DNA of 46,859 nucleotides. Source: Bacillota bacterium. Lineage in GTDB: Bacteria > Bacillota > Clostridia > Christensenellales > Aristaeellaceae. Location of the stretch: contig JBHADM010000036.1 in the NCBI GenBank assembly GCA_041855045.1, forward strand, positions 1 through 46,859, read 5' to 3'. The stretch's first letter is position 1. Each line of letters begins with the position of its first letter. Positions 46,834-46,859 of the stretch are shown in pieces. The notes beneath the pieces are model-generated. The model saw only the letters and a program-made list of their open reading frames with translations. It ran no database searches and had not been told where the DNA came from. A program made the translations under genes and the position numbers.

Positions 46834-46859
46834 AAAAAATACTAAGCGGAGCCCTGCTC
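46830..46859 (+). CDS. 5' end of a further signal-peptide protein, truncated by the right edge
   Basis: ATG at 46830 overlaps the preceding TGA (ATGA), with GGAGG 7 nt upstream. It begins MKKILSGALL. Only 10 codons are visible. Confidence 0.45.
   Translation, partial: MKKILSGALL

Overview
This 46.9-kb chromosomal segment looks like a Bacillota (Clostridia-like) genome. It has GGAGG-type ribosome-binding sites 4-9 nt before starts, hairpin+U-run terminators, a T-box leader RNA, and the DapF/DapL (LL-diaminopimelate aminotransferase) route. I saw no rRNA, CRISPR array, transposase, integrase or phage genes. Layout: (1) 1-9883 (-) is one giant ORF. It is open to the left edge, so it is missing from the supplied ORF track. 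It encodes a secreted LRR-headed, Cna-B-stalked adhesin, and every long + strand ORF there is an antisense shadow. (2) 10.1-12.3 kb (-) holds tgt, ppa and a small acidic protein. (3) 12.6-16.0 kb holds a GNAT acetyltransferase, a DUF4091-like protein and an alpha/beta hydrolase. (4) 16.4-20.3 kb (+) holds dapF-dapL followed by two paralogous ~200-aa secreted proteins of unknown function. (5) 20.4-24.3 kb holds a decayed tag remnant, a PNPOx-like protein, a cytidylate-kinase-like protein and a stand-alone OmpR-type winged-helix protein. On the minus strand it also holds LysR, XRE and a zinc-ribbon protein with a poly-D/E tail. (6) 24.36-27.7 kb (+) holds a T-box leader whose specifier I read as UUC (Phe), then a second specifier-less T-box/terminator module, in front of an ABC importer of the ABC_sub_bind (COG2984) type. 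(7) tRNA-Leu(CAA) lies at 28021-28107 (-), followed by pcp. (8) In 29.0-46.9 kb, two distantly paralogous large secreted proteins (propeller-like N-half plus solute-binding-protein-like C-half) bracket a visibly lower-GC block. That block contains a tnaA / YheO-type regulator / APH-type kinase unit (-). Divergently, it contains an Opp-type ABC importer (B-C-D-F-A order) continued by an M29 aminopeptidase, an Fe-alcohol dehydrogenase, a divergent ribulose-phosphate-epimerase-fold protein and a cupin. The items most worth following up are the Phe T-box plus partial tandem T-box on a poorly characterised transporter family, the nine-gene opp-to-cupin unit, the tnaA-regulator-kinase unit, and the two unannotated secreted paralogue families. 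Nothing here can be proven novel from sequence alone, and all functional links are inference.
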